The notes below the pieces were generated by a model, which did no database searches, was not told the DNA's origin, and saw nothing but the letters and a program-made list of their open reading frames with translations. 64,000 bases of DNA from Octopus sinensis (taxonomy: Eukaryota): contig NW_021833451.1 of NCBI RefSeq assembly GCF_006345805.1, forward strand, positions 7,098 to 71,097. The letters are read 5' to 3'. The position numbers and the translations under genes are program-made. Below, in pieces: positions 1-11,639 of this stretch (position 1 is its first letter; each line of letters opens with the position of its first letter).

Positions 1-2805
1 TTTATTGTGCTATGTTTTATATTGACGGGAATCATATTCATCTCAATAATGAGCAGGACAAAAATATTTTGATTCAGCAAGGATTGAAATTTCCTGCACC
101 TTTATACATATTTTGTGATAAAATTATTAATTATTTATCAATTCACTCTCAGGCACAACCATCTGGTAACAAATACGATTAAAATATTGTTCAGATTTTG
201 ATAAATCACTTTTGATGATATTTCACAACGCCTTAAATGCATTAACGACAAAGGAACACGTTTTGGACGTCTTTAAGGTCATATAATGTTATCACTTTAG
301 GCTGTTCATTCGATGGCGATTTCCTGTGGAGGAAAATGTCAGTCGTGGGCTGATTTGGTCAAAAATGTTCCGAACTATCAGCTTATCCTCGACGTTTTCA
401 GAATTGTTTTTACTTTTTCGAATGAAATGTATTTTTGTTGCATATTGAAGTGCTTTCGAGCAACTCCATTTTTTGTCGTATTTGATTGATGTCTATGACG
501 AGAATTATTCCTTTCTCTTCGACGGGCTTGTCCTTTCCGCCTGGTATTACGCGGTAATCAACTTAAGCACTCCACCCATGATCCCCGAATTCTTCAGAAT
601 TGTACTCCATAGGACATCCGTTCTGTTCTCATCCAAAATAAAGGGATCGTGGATGCCCGACTACTTGGATTTCAGTGGTGGCCTGTCTTTTCTCTTCAAC
701 CTACTACGGGAGTTGATGGAATGTCACAGAGAGCAATGTGAGCCCGTCCTTCTAGATTTTGTTACTGTATTGCTGCTATATTCACGACAGTCTAGAAGCT
801 CTGTGGTACTCGACGACTGGATATTACTTGTATATTTATTCTGCAATGGCAACATCAAAGTAGATCAGCAACTTGTCGAGTTCTTGGCCCGAAATTGTAT
901 TTTGTATTATCATTTTCAGTGACAACCTCCCAGATCGAAGGTCTACTTCACATGTTCGGTAGTTGTGACAAATTGAATGTGCATCACGGTTTCCATTTTT
1001 AGTGACGTTGCCCAGATCAGATGGTTCTTTGCTTCTTTATTCACTGCGATTTTGTCCCAACACTTTTGAGTCTCCTTCGGGCGGCCTCCAAACAGTCTTC
1101 TCTGGTCGTCCAATACGCTAATAAACTGTTGGCAAAAATATCGACTGTCCTGTCCAATGCAGTCTTTGTGGGGGACCCCGAGGATCGTTCTTCTGGGACT
1201 GAGGACTGTCACACGGAGCTGGTAGAGGAGCCCCCTCTGTCTCTCGAAGACGGACTGAGAGCCAAGTTTGGTTGTTTTGAGGATAATTTTGACTATTTCC
1301 GAAGTCTTGTTGCTTTTGTTCTTGATTGTGAATGCACGTGAGTTCATTTGTTGACTTTAGAATGTTTGGAGAGTCGCTTCTTCAGTTTTTGTCAGTTTAC
1401 GGACTCAAGTTAAAGGCCGGGCATTGTGGTCATGTTCTAAACTTTGTTTTTGATTCTGTCCATCCCGATAACCTTAATACTTTCACGTTTTTTGTGAGCC
1501 TCGTCGAAAATTGGATTTACCGACATCCGACAGTCCTATCCGAATTTTTCCGAATTCTTTTACGACCAATATCCCCTTCGGTGAAAAGGGGAACATTCTA
1601 CTCCAAATTATCCACGTTTTTAAACATGACTTGTCCGTCCTCCATATTCCGGTATTCGATTTTATACAATTCTTAGTATCAACTTGGTGAGGAGTCTGGT
1701 CCCCTATTGGGACGACTTGTTGTCTGCAGTCCTCCAATTGATGGAATATCCCTCCAACATTCGAGACCTATTGAGTGTCCTTGTCCTAGTGGACCACCCT
1801 CCTTCTTTTCCGTTTGTTTCAATAACTCGAATTGCCTGTTACACGGCTAGTTTGTTTGTTCAACTGCTCGCACTTGAATTGGCTGACATTCGTGGTTGTC
1901 TTGTACTTTTTTATTCAGATTTGTCCTCCATTTTGAAAAAGCTGGTCGTCAAGTTCCATTCCCAAGTGGAATTTAGATTTTTACTTTCGCGAGAAATCTT
2001 AAATCACGTGGTTGCGGGGGACGCCTGTCATTATGTAGACAAGTCTGAGGTGATAAGGGAACTCGATTCCGACATGGTGCACACAATGATTGAACTCATG
2101 CCAGACGATTTGAAGGATTATTTTGATGGGGATGTGGAGATTAACACCTCTCAGTCGACCCACTCTCTGAGAAGATATCTTGTCATTTGGATTTTGTCGA
2201 TTACACTAAAACACGATTCGTCTCCATTTTCCAAATTCTGCAGCAGCAAGACTTTTAGAAACCAACTGGGAACTCATTTTGTGAATTTAGTGAATCAGAG
2301 GGTGGGTTGGGTTATCCACGAGTCACATTTCGAATGGTTGTTTCTGTTATTTGATCATTAGCCAAATCGACGTTTTCAAATTATTTAAGAACAACATTGT
2401 AATGTGGGATATTGTCTTGTTTCTATGTGCCCCCGGAGGTTGATTACCTGCATTCTGATGGTTGCAGACACATCTGACGACTTGTCTCGTTTGGTCTTTG
2501 GAGTCCTGAATCACCTCAAGAACGACTACTCGGGAAAGAATCCCTCTTGTCGGGCCTCAATGATTCCGTTCTTCCGCGATCCAATTCGTTTCATGCTTAA
2601 AGTGACTGTGTTATCCTCACAGGGTAGAGAATAAGTCGACTCGATCTTGTCTATCCTATATGTGAGATTGTGAGATTGGTTGACTACGTCGATGCTGGCG
2701 TTCTCATGCTAGCCTTGTGGAACTTTTCAGTTTTGTTTCGTGTTTATTTGTAGAGTCGGAAATACTCTGAGTGCCATGAAGACAAATGTTCGTTATAAAA
2801 ACTAA
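1..2805 (+). CDS. Unidentified multi-exon protein, Leu/Phe/Val-rich and probably alpha-helical; starts before the window, 3' end approximate
   Basis: ORFs 473-922, 1021-1341, 1332-1676, 1684-2361 and 2404-2634 lie in series on +. The first exons through to ORF 1021-1341 join in frame via GT-AG mini-introns (gtcatataatgttatcactttag 23 nt, gtatttttgttgcatattgaag 22 nt, gtattttgtattatcattttcag 23 nt); later junctions were not rebuilt. No family recognised. Confidence 0.6.
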
Positions 2806-3563
2806 TGCTGATAGGTTTTTCTCCCGAATTTCGCAAAGTTTTGATGGAGATTTTTAGTCGTAATATAGTCGTCGTCGCTCAATACGTCAAGTATTTTGTT
2901 CATTGATTTTTGTAAAAATAATGCTTATATTTAATTTGCGGGTTTTTAACTACTGCAAGGTAAGTCGAATCTTATTAAGTCTCAGACTAGGTCTGTCTGA
3001 AGCAGTCCAATAGTTTGAACAAGTTGTTTTTGATGCCTCATAACCAGGGCAATTTTTTTCTAGCACTTAAAAAAATTTTTTTGCCATAAATCATACAATC
3101 TAGCATCTACTATCAAAAAAATTAGCACTTAAATGATTAAATCTAGCATTTAACATTTTAAAATCATTTAAAATAAACTAACTTCTCTTCTCTAATTTTC
3201 TTGTTTCAGTTTAAAAAAAAATTTTAAATAATAAAATATAACATTAAAATTTTATTTATGATATTGTTCCTATACTTTTTTAAAATATTTTCCAGTATTT
3301 TAATTGCTCTTTCAACAGATGCAGAGGATGCCTGACAGCGTAAAAGTAAAAATAATCTTGTTGGCTAATTTTTGGTTTAGTCATTTCAATAATCGATTTT
3401 CCTCCATTCTTTAACTCATATAAATTTTTACTATTTGCCTTGTCATCATAAAAATGTAGTCCTTTTATATCATATCTGACAGTCCGAATAATCTATACTT
3501 GTCACAAATGGCTGAAAAATAGAAATTTAAAAAATTAGAACATCTTAATAATAAAATGGTATG

Positions 3564-3604
3564 GTGTGTGTCTGTCTGTCTTTCTGTCTGTCTGTCTGTG
3601 TGTG
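3564..3604. repeat. (GT)n/(GTCT)n microsatellite near the Helitron 5' end
   Basis: gtgtgtgtctgtctgtctttctgtctgtctgtctgtgtgtg read directly. Confidence 0.85.
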
Positions 3605-3630
3605 CACACCAACTTCAAATTGGCAATACG

Positions 3631-4335
3631 ATGTCCTCGACTTACATGATGAGGTCCTTAAAACCTTCCCCCCCAAAAAAAATTAAAAAAAAATTTTCTC
3701 CATTTTGGTTAAAATGAACAACTACAATGTCCTCGACTTACATGATGAAGTCCTTAAAACCTTCCCCCCCAAAAAAAATTAAAAAAAAATTTTCTGCATA
3801 TTGGTTAAAATGAACAACTACAATGTCCTCGACTTACATGATGAAGTCCTTAAAACCTTCCCCCCCAAAAAAAATTAAAAAAAAATTTTCTGCATATTGG
3901 TTAAAATGAACAACTACAATGTCCTCGACTTACATGATGAAGTCCTTAAAACCTTCCCCCCCAAAAAAAATTAAAAAAAAATTTTCTGCATATTGGTTAA
4001 AATGAACAACTACAATGTCCTCAACTTACATGATGAAGTCCTTAAAACCTTCCCCCCCAAAAAAAATTAAAAAAAAATTTTCTGCATTTTGGTTAAAATG
4101 AACAACTACAATGTCCTCGACTTACATGATGAAGTCCTTAAAACCTTCCCCCCCAAAAAAAATTAAAAAAAAATTTTCTGCATTTTGGTTAAAATGAACA
4201 ACTACGATGTCCTCGACTTACATGATGAGGTCCTTAAAACCTTCCCGCCAAAAAATCAAAAAATTATTTTCTGCATTTGATTAAAATGAATAACGTTAAT
4301 GTCCTCGACATTCATGATGAGGTCCATTAAAACCT
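3631..4335. repeat. 96-bp tandem repeat, about 7.3 copies
   Basis: Unit start atgtcctc recurs at 3631, 3727, 3823, 3919, 4015, 4111, 4207 and 4299; the last unit is diverged and shortened. The unit contains C and A homopolymers. Confidence 0.95.
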
Positions 4336-4603
4336 TCGAGGCAAAAATCTCACGTATTAAGAATATCCTTGATGAAAACGACAGCGAGAATATTAACAAT
4401 GATGAACTCCCAATTATTCGCGATAAAGAAATTCAATTCATCCTATGATTTTCTCTTTAAAATTAAATGCATATATCATTATCGACCATGAATCAAAATT
4501 ATAGCTATTATCATATTTGACTTTGACAGAATGTGCAATTACAGATTGCACGACCTTGAATAGAGTGTGCAATTAACAGATTTTGAAAAACACTTTGATA
4601 GTT

Positions 4604-5124
4604 TTTTTTTTTTTTTTTTTTGAAACACAACAAAGAATTTAAAGCAATTGGGTGGCTAAGGGAATTGTCGAGAGCCTGAGGGTCAGCTCAACGATGCCGC
4701 GCTGCGTATTGAGTGGCAGTTTCCGCGGAGCACAGCAACCGAGATTCGCTGGAACAGCCAGCTCGTCTCCCTCCGGTCGTATGTTTTTGTGGAGATTTTT
4801 CTACCAATGGCGGTGAGGAGTTGAGTCGCAGCCTTTCCGACGATTCCAGAGGTTTCGAAGGCGAGGGGGGCAAACTCAAAAGCGTCCGAAATACACCGGT
4901 ATTTCGTCCTCTTTGTCTCTTCAGCCAGCGCACTGGCGGAACCCGGGTTTGCGACAGTCCTGGGAAGCAATGTCGCCGAAAAAGAGTCGACACACGTGGC
5001 ATCCCAAACCAGGGACTTGCCTTCCCTAAAAGGAAAGGTCGTCATCCCGTCGGGACGCTTGCCGTCGCTCCGGGAAAGGCCGACTGGCTCTAGGGTGGAA
5101 GGGAAACCAGCCGACTCTAGAGCC
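4604..5124 (-). mobile_element. 5'-truncated CRE-clade (RLE) non-LTR retrotransposon
   Basis: ORF 4683-5045 (TTFPFREGKSLVWDATCVDS...FAPLAFETSG...LFQRISVAVLRGN), poly(A) tail (T-run 4602-4621) and 11-bp TSD ctttgatagtt at 4593-4603 and 5125-5135. Confidence 0.88.
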
Positions 5125-5682
5125 CTTTGATAGTTAAAACCACATTAGCACAATCATTAATACAATTTACCACCAATTGACAGCGCAATCAGAAGAATTT
5201 GCGTAAAAATATTAACTATTTAGTTAAGTTTTTCGTAAAGATAGAATTTGTTTTCGGTATGCCTCTTTTCCTAAACTTTTTTATTATTCAAAAATAATTT
5301 TTTAAATAGATAACCGAAGGAGGAAAAACGAAGCTGAAGAAAAAACGGTCAGCTTAAGGTAATTAATTAAATCTTTTTTGTGTGTCGCTTTTTTGGCTGC
5401 TGCTACTCTGCCTGCCGCATCTCCGGCTGCCCCATTTCCGCCAGTGGTTTGTCTAATCAAGGTCACTAAGCTAAATCTCCGGACTATAAAGGCTCTTAAG
5501 CATTATCTTAATTGGCTGTTAAAAAATTAGACTGGTTGTTGCCGTGGCGGCAGAGATTTTTTTTGTTTATACTATTTTACAAATTTTTAAAGTTTTTTTT
5601 TTGTTTTTTTATTTTTTTGTTTTTAAATTATTCATTTTTATTTGTTTTTCTTTATTTTTTTGTTATTTTCTAAAAATTCAAC

Positions 5683-6150
5683 CGGATTGAATTTTTAAAC
5701 TCCTTAGATCCCTCTGGAATGCCGAATCATCTTTTAAAGTTAAAGATAGGCGTTCCAGTGGTTTTATTACGAAATCTTGCGCCACCTAAATTATGCAACG
5801 GAACGAGGTTAGTTATCAAAAATTTGATGGCTAACGTAATAGAGGCGACGATATTAACAGGTAAGTATAGAGGTGAGGATGTTTATATTCCACGAATTCC
5901 GATAATTTCTGATGAATTACCATTTAGATTTAAAAGGCTGCAATTTCCTTTGAGGATGAGTTTTGCAATGACAATAAACAAGGCCCAGGGACAGTCATTA
6001 AAGGTAGTTGGGTTATTTTTAGAGAGTGAGTGCTTTTCATATGGACAGCTGTATGTGGGATGCTCGAGGGTAGGCAGAAGAGAAAATTTATTCATATATG
6101 CCAAGGAAGGACGGACGACAAACATCGTTTATCAACAGGCGATAGAATAG
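5683..6150 (+). pseudogene. Helitron PIF1-like helicase, C-terminal fragment
   Basis: [38 protein letters not shown]...[22 protein letters not shown]...[10 protein letters not shown] matches PIF1/RepHel motifs IV-VI. Confidence 0.9.
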
Positions 6151-6330
6151 GGTTACATTAAACCAGGTAGTTTTATACATCTACATAAACTTATAGTTGT
6201 TTGATGAAACAGGCCCTCCGCAGGAGCTAGGTCGCGGTGAGCGAAGCGAGCTGCCGAGCTAGTAATCAATAATTGATTATTTATTTTTATAGAATCACAT
6301 TGTTATTTTTTATTTAAAAAAGCGCGAAAC

Positions 6331-6790
6331 ATGCCTGTAGTGAGACTATATAAGGAAACACAAGAAAAAATCAAAGAAATGAAGTACCCCAACTTTGATA
6401 CATCGTCAATCAAGTGGCATGAACGATACAGGCTCACAAAATTGGGAAGGAATTTCTATTTTGAAAATGGAAAAACATATTTTCGGAAGAATGGGCTTAA
6501 ATTGCGTTTTTTCTGTGAAGATGAAATCGAATTAAAGCTTAAGTGCGTTGAGGTGCAACTTAATAAATACAAGTTAGGCGGAACATAACCATAACCACTT
6601 TGGGAGAGACCGACTTTTTTCGAAATTAAGAAATCTCTATTATGGATTGAATAGAGAAGAAATCTCTAAGGTGATTTCGCTTTGTGCTTTCTGTCAAGTA
6701 ATAACTCCTTTCAGCAAATATTTTTAGTCGAAAAAATTATTGTCTACGGAGGCTCCAATTACGCCAATCATTGCAATCGATTGTGTAACT
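6331..6790 (+). mobile_element. Ginger/GIN-like integrase transposase fragment with mini-introns (H2C2 zinc-binding region)
   Basis: Spliced translation LKLKCVE|AEHNHNHFGRDRL...ISLCAFCQ|SKKLLSTEAPITPIIA uses 25- and 30-nt GT-AG introns. Homologous to 49.3-50.1 kb. Confidence 0.7.
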
Positions 6791-7100
6791 AATGAGAAAC
6801 TCAAGTCACATGATTTTTATTGATGCATGTTATTATACAAAAAATAAATAGCATTTAAAATTAAAAATTATATGCTTTTTAACAAAATTAAAAAAGAATT
6901 ATTCCATATTCAATTTTATATTAAAAAAGTAAAAATAGCATTTTAGCACCTAAATTGCCTTACTCATAACTTTTTCAAAAATAAAGAAAATAAATAGTAA
7001 AATGCTCACAAAGGCTGCCAATTCAACTTATTCGTTGTGTAAACTTAGCTTTTTGAGAAAGTTGGAAAATAGAGCTCTGCATCAAAAACACAATTATTTA

Positions 7101-7857
7101 TTAAATATAACATCGACGAGCACGATCAAGGGAGAAACGTCGAAGGACATTCCGAACATCGCGAGTAAAGCGAAGGGCGTCAAGGAATGGTAGAACATCC
7201 AATAAGTGAGTATCGAGGACATCGCCCATCCAAGACTTAATCAAAATCGAGTTTTGAGGGAAGGAATGGTGAATGAACAGGGAATCGTCCAAAATAAAAA
7301 TAGAGGACAAGTCATTGCTGATCATACGAATGTCCTTGAATATATTATTCCTCTCCAACGAACAGTGCTGTCATAGAGACAAGGAGATAACCAAACGATG
7401 AAAGACAGAGCAGAAGACGGTCGAGTCCTCATCCAGTAGTTGGACTACTCTCCTAGCATATGCTTCCTGTGCGGCCGTGAAAACAACAACGTTGTACCAC
7501 CCACTGATCTGGCAATTAAAATGGGTCACTAACACATGAAAGGAATTCTTGCACGTGGGGTCGTTTGAGAATGTAAAAGTCTTCGAGTCCGTCCTTCGAG
7601 AAGTTCCTTACTGAGTGAACCAATGTCTCGTCCAAGTCGAGGACAATTGTCTTTCTCCTCACTTCATCTGAGCATGTTAGACATAAAAACAGACACAGCC
7701 TGGACGTGGAGGATGCACTCAAAGGAGATTCTATATAATTGGGAGCCTGTGGTATAAACCACGTGGATACCTGACCTGGACGAAGTACTTGTGATAAAAC
7801 AATCACCAAAGTACAGAACAAGTCTAAACAACAAGCACAGATACGGCCAAGAGTCAT
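7101..7857 (-). CDS. CTDNEP1: CTD nuclear envelope phosphatase 1 (Dullard)
   Basis: RKTIVLDLDETLVHS (DxDxT), KRPHVQEFL, WYNVVVFTA, LLDVLPFLDALRFTRDVRNVL; joined by 27-, 25- and 24-nt introns. Confidence 0.88.
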
Positions 7858-8281
7858 TTAAATACTATTTTTAGTTATTAGTTCTATTAATATAATCAAA
7901 TATTGTTGTTATTATTTCAAAATGTTATTAATGATAACTACAAAAGCATTTTTCCACTTTTTCTATTAGAATCAACTTGCGTACGTTCACCTAATGAGGC
8001 TATTTCTCCACCTATCATACACAAAAACACGATTCTTGCTCCCCACCTCATTTTCGTGTCTACCCTTATTTCCCACTACAGATTGTTCCTTAATGTGGTC
8101 AACTGCCTTCTTTTCAGTGATTGAATTTATGTTTTCATATCTATGTGCACGCGGTATTTTAAAAAGACTGTTTTCCTATTTTAGTAATCCTACCATTTGA
8201 CCCCATAAAAAGATGCTTTCAGACTAGACTTGCCGTTATTTGGGGAATAGCAAATAAATAAAATTAAATTGTATCATAGCA

Positions 8282-10143
8282 TCATGACTTTTCAATCTCA
8301 TCGATGGTCTCAGGTAAATGTCTTTGGTGTGTCTCGGGCAGAAGGAATACCAAAGCACTGCTGAGAAGGCTCAGTATTCCAAAACATGATCTGGCCACCA
8401 CTTCCATATTAGTCTACAAATATAAAGCTCACAATACCCCTGTTTGAGAAGCCGCGAGAATGGTTGTTGCCAATACCCCTCCTAGTCCTTCGGCAACTTT
8501 GAACACCCCGTCGGATATACTCCTGACGTGGCATACCCAACATTACCTAACAGGGGTCGGCATTATTTCCGAGGAAACCAAGCCGATGATCGAGTAGGCT
8601 GCAGTTATCCCAAACTTACCGACTATTGTACTTCCCAGAGCTACGTGTTCAACGTTTTTCCAATTTACTTATAAATTAATTATTACATTTACCGATTTCT
8701 GGAACCATAAGAGAAGCCAGTATATTACATAAACCAGTGATTAAATAAAGAATTGAAATGGCCCGTCGACCCCCTAATCTGGTGGAATTGCGATTTATAT
8801 TATTTTTAATTAAGCTTCATAATATGAACTTTGAATTAAGTGCCATTGCAAGGATGTATGCGGGGATTTCCACAACCGCGCTGAGAGTCATATTTAAATA
8901 AAAGTTGCCCTTGAAGTTCCCAATAGAATAAGTCAATCCAAAATAGACAATGGCAGTGACCATCCTTATACGTCACAAGTTGAAAGCTAACCATATAAAC
9001 ATCAAAATAAATGAAAATAGACGCATTTTGGGTGTCCGAAATAAATCAAAATGAGTGTGTTTCCTCGTTGGTGCATTCTGAACAGCTCTTCCAAATCAAG
9101 TAGAGATCTTACAAAGTTTCATCACGACAGAACTCTTCAAAGGGGACACGTCTCTTTCCCGCAGCCTTTAGAATTGTTTTTTTGGCACTTTGATATTTTC
9201 TGCGTGAAATAAGCCACACGACCGATTCAGGCATACCCCTAGATTAATGGAAAAAACAAGAAACCAAATAAACAGAACAGGAATCAGTCCAAATACCCCC
9301 AGACATACTTGAAAATATATCCAATCGGGGGTCAAATACCCAACTAACACTAAACTCAGCATTCCGACACTCCACAAAGAAACCATTGGAATAAAAGCCT
9401 TTGCTCGTTGGGACCGAGAAAAGGATTCACTGAGGTATATATAGGCCAAATTAGACGACATCTAATGTGATTAGGTTAAATAACTCTATTGGTCATGCCA
9501 ATAAAAAATCGAATGGCAATATAACTTTTCAACGAAGAAATGAATATGATTCCAAAGTTGAACACGCTCTGTAGCATTAGAAGGATAATGATTGGCCATT
9601 TCCTTCCATACCAATCACCCAGAGGCATGAAAATAAACCCAACCACAATTGCTCCAGACATGTAAGAGGTGTCGGCCAATTGTAGGAGATAAGCATTTTC
9701 GCACACGCCATTAAACTATTTTTTAATCAAATAACTTACTTTCGTGGTGAGCGTGGGTTTGTGTGGCGTAGTGAAATCCCACCCCTCAAAACCGCATGGT
9801 TGAGTAGTGTTTGTTTTATTTCCGAAATATACGTATTTTTGACACTTGGAAGGATTTCCCTCCTCATTTAAAGGAATGTATTTTTCGATGGATAAATTTT
9901 CTTAATTTATTAAAATTTAAACGTGCCAGAGAGTTTGCAGTGGTATGACTCTGGGGTACGGCCAATAAAAATTGAACTCAACAAATTCCAGGATCCATTA
10001 ATGGTAATAAAAGCGACGATAGAAAAAACAACAAAATGAAAAAATGTATATTTTCTTAGCCAGTCATAAAACTTGGAAATGTCAATTTTTCCTATCTCGT
10101 CTGAGTCGCTGCTGCTTGTTTGAATTGAAATATTTTCAATCAT
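8282..10143 (-). CDS. SLC22-family (organic cation transporter-like) MFS transporter
   Basis: Cys-containing first extracellular loop, GDWYGRK motif, LSES motif and C-terminal FLLPETHQRHLPETIDEIEKS*. Includes a 26-nt GC-AG intron at 9901-9926. Confidence 0.85.
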
Positions 10144-10361
10144 TATCAAAAAATTAGTCACTAGAAAATGGGTTTTAATTGTTATATTTTTTATGGTTTA
10201 ATATTACATTTTTGTTAGTCAAAAAGACTTTTATTTAAATGAATTAAAAATTCTAGTTTAAAATGACTATTTTCAATTCCAAAAAACCAGTTAATTTTAT
10301 TTATTATTTAATCTTACCTATAAATAAATAAATAAAATAAATAAATAAATCTCACCTATAC

Positions 10362-10805
10362 TCAAGCCTTTTGTCCATCGTGTGCTGAGAGCCCGGGATT
10401 GTCGTCTGGATAATACCAGCTGGGAAGAGTGAATGGTTCTTTTCTCGATGCTTTAGGAGCATTCTGTGCGCCTCCAGATTTGCAATAACTGGTGAATTTG
10501 CAACAATAACTGGTGAACCACATGACGTAATTAACACGTTAATTGATAAAATGAATACAAATTCACTTGCTTCTTAATGGCTTCTTAGCCATCCAACAAG
10601 ACCACCTGCCAAAGGACTTTAACAACAAGAAGCACATCACCCCGATACAATTCCTCTCAAAAACTGTTCCCCGCCCGTCCCGCACTTGCGTTGGGTCCAG
10701 AGTCCAACATCGGGAAAAACTGAGAAGGATTTTGAGGATTGTTGGAATCACCTAATTAATTACCCTAATTAACTGTTGGTGATTCTTGGGTTAAATAATA
10801 ATAAT
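10362..10805 (+). mobile_element. Short retroposed insertion with (TAA)n tail and 14-bp TSD
   Basis: aatctcacctatac at 10348-10361 and 10806-10819; taataataataat tail. The 5' part resembles an RT segment in inverted orientation. Confidence 0.65.
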
Positions 10806-10879
10806 AATCTCACCTATACATTTTATCCATTATTGATTCTTAAAGATATTAGTAAATAGACTTTATCACGGACAGTGCG

Positions 10880-11500
10880 TGTGACATAAACGAGTAAGGG
10901 GTTTCTAAGTTCCAATCCCGAGAGGGAAATGGCTGGCGAATATATATTTGGAAAGTGAATTGTCTTTTTATCCTTAATGACTACCTTTTGGAAACTGATA
11001 TTTTATTTGAAGTCCAGATAAAATTGATTTTTAATTATTGCGTCTGCTTTCAGTCGATTCTCCTCCTCTTTGAGCCCGAGCAAATGTCTTCGACGGGTAC
11101 ACTTATTCATTTTACAGGGCAGGTCACTTTTGTGATTGCATGCTTTGCCGCTGTAGGAAGGAGTTTATACTCCGGGAGCATGCTTTCCAATGTTATCTCG
11201 ATCACGATTGACTGGATATATGCTCGCGTAGATTCCTGGACTTGTAAGGAGTTCTGGTAGTGTTTATAGAATCTGGATGTTATTCCATCCCACGTAATAA
11301 TCAACGGTACGACATTCATCTTTGCATTATGGATTACCTTCAATTCGTTTGCCAAAAGTCATATTTATGTAATTTCTCAACTTCCACATGCTTGAGAAGT
11401 AATCCCAATTTCGATCAGCGTAATGATGTTCCAAACTTTGTCGTAGAAAAAAATGTCCGGTTTATTATTATTGACTATAGTATCCGTCTTGAGTTTTGGT
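10880..11500 (-). mobile_element. R4/Dong-like RLE non-LTR retrotransposon 3' fragment
   Basis: TDTIVNNNKPDI...IEIGITS...EKLHKYDFLANELK...VVPLIITWDG, with frameshifts. Boundaries approximate. Confidence 0.75.
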
Positions 11501-11639
11501 TAAGAAGGTCTCGAAAGCATGATGATTGAGCGCACACAAGGAATGAAAATATATGAATACCTCCTACTTGCTGACGAACTTGTAAAACTGGCACGCGGAA
11601 AAAACATTCCAACGAACTCTATTTAGTGACTGACTTTTT

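Larger units (their letters stand above)
3543..6262 (+). mobile_element. Non-autonomous Helitron
   Basis: 5' A|TC start (tcttaataataaaatgg) followed by a (GTCT)n microsatellite. 3' GC-rich gagcgaagcgagc motif ends in CTAG|T at 6259-6263. Internal PIF1 helicase remnant. Confidence 0.8.
3045..6962 (-). mobile_element. Degenerate hAT DNA transposon hosting nested insertions
   Basis: Exact 8-bp TSD ctcataac at 3037-3044 and 6963-6970. Imperfect TIRs cagggcaattt / aaattgcctta, subterminal tagcac repeats, and a minus-strand remnant QASSASVERA resembling the hAT dimerisation motif near 3300-3350. Confidence 0.75.

Noticed and set aside
473-2634. MMS22L identity for the first gene
   Set aside because: Only vague resemblance by eye, and the length downstream does not fit.
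3631-4335. CRISPR-like array or repeat-coded protein
   Set aside because: Units are near-identical with no unique spacers, there are no cas genes, the context is eukaryotic, and the + frames contain stops.
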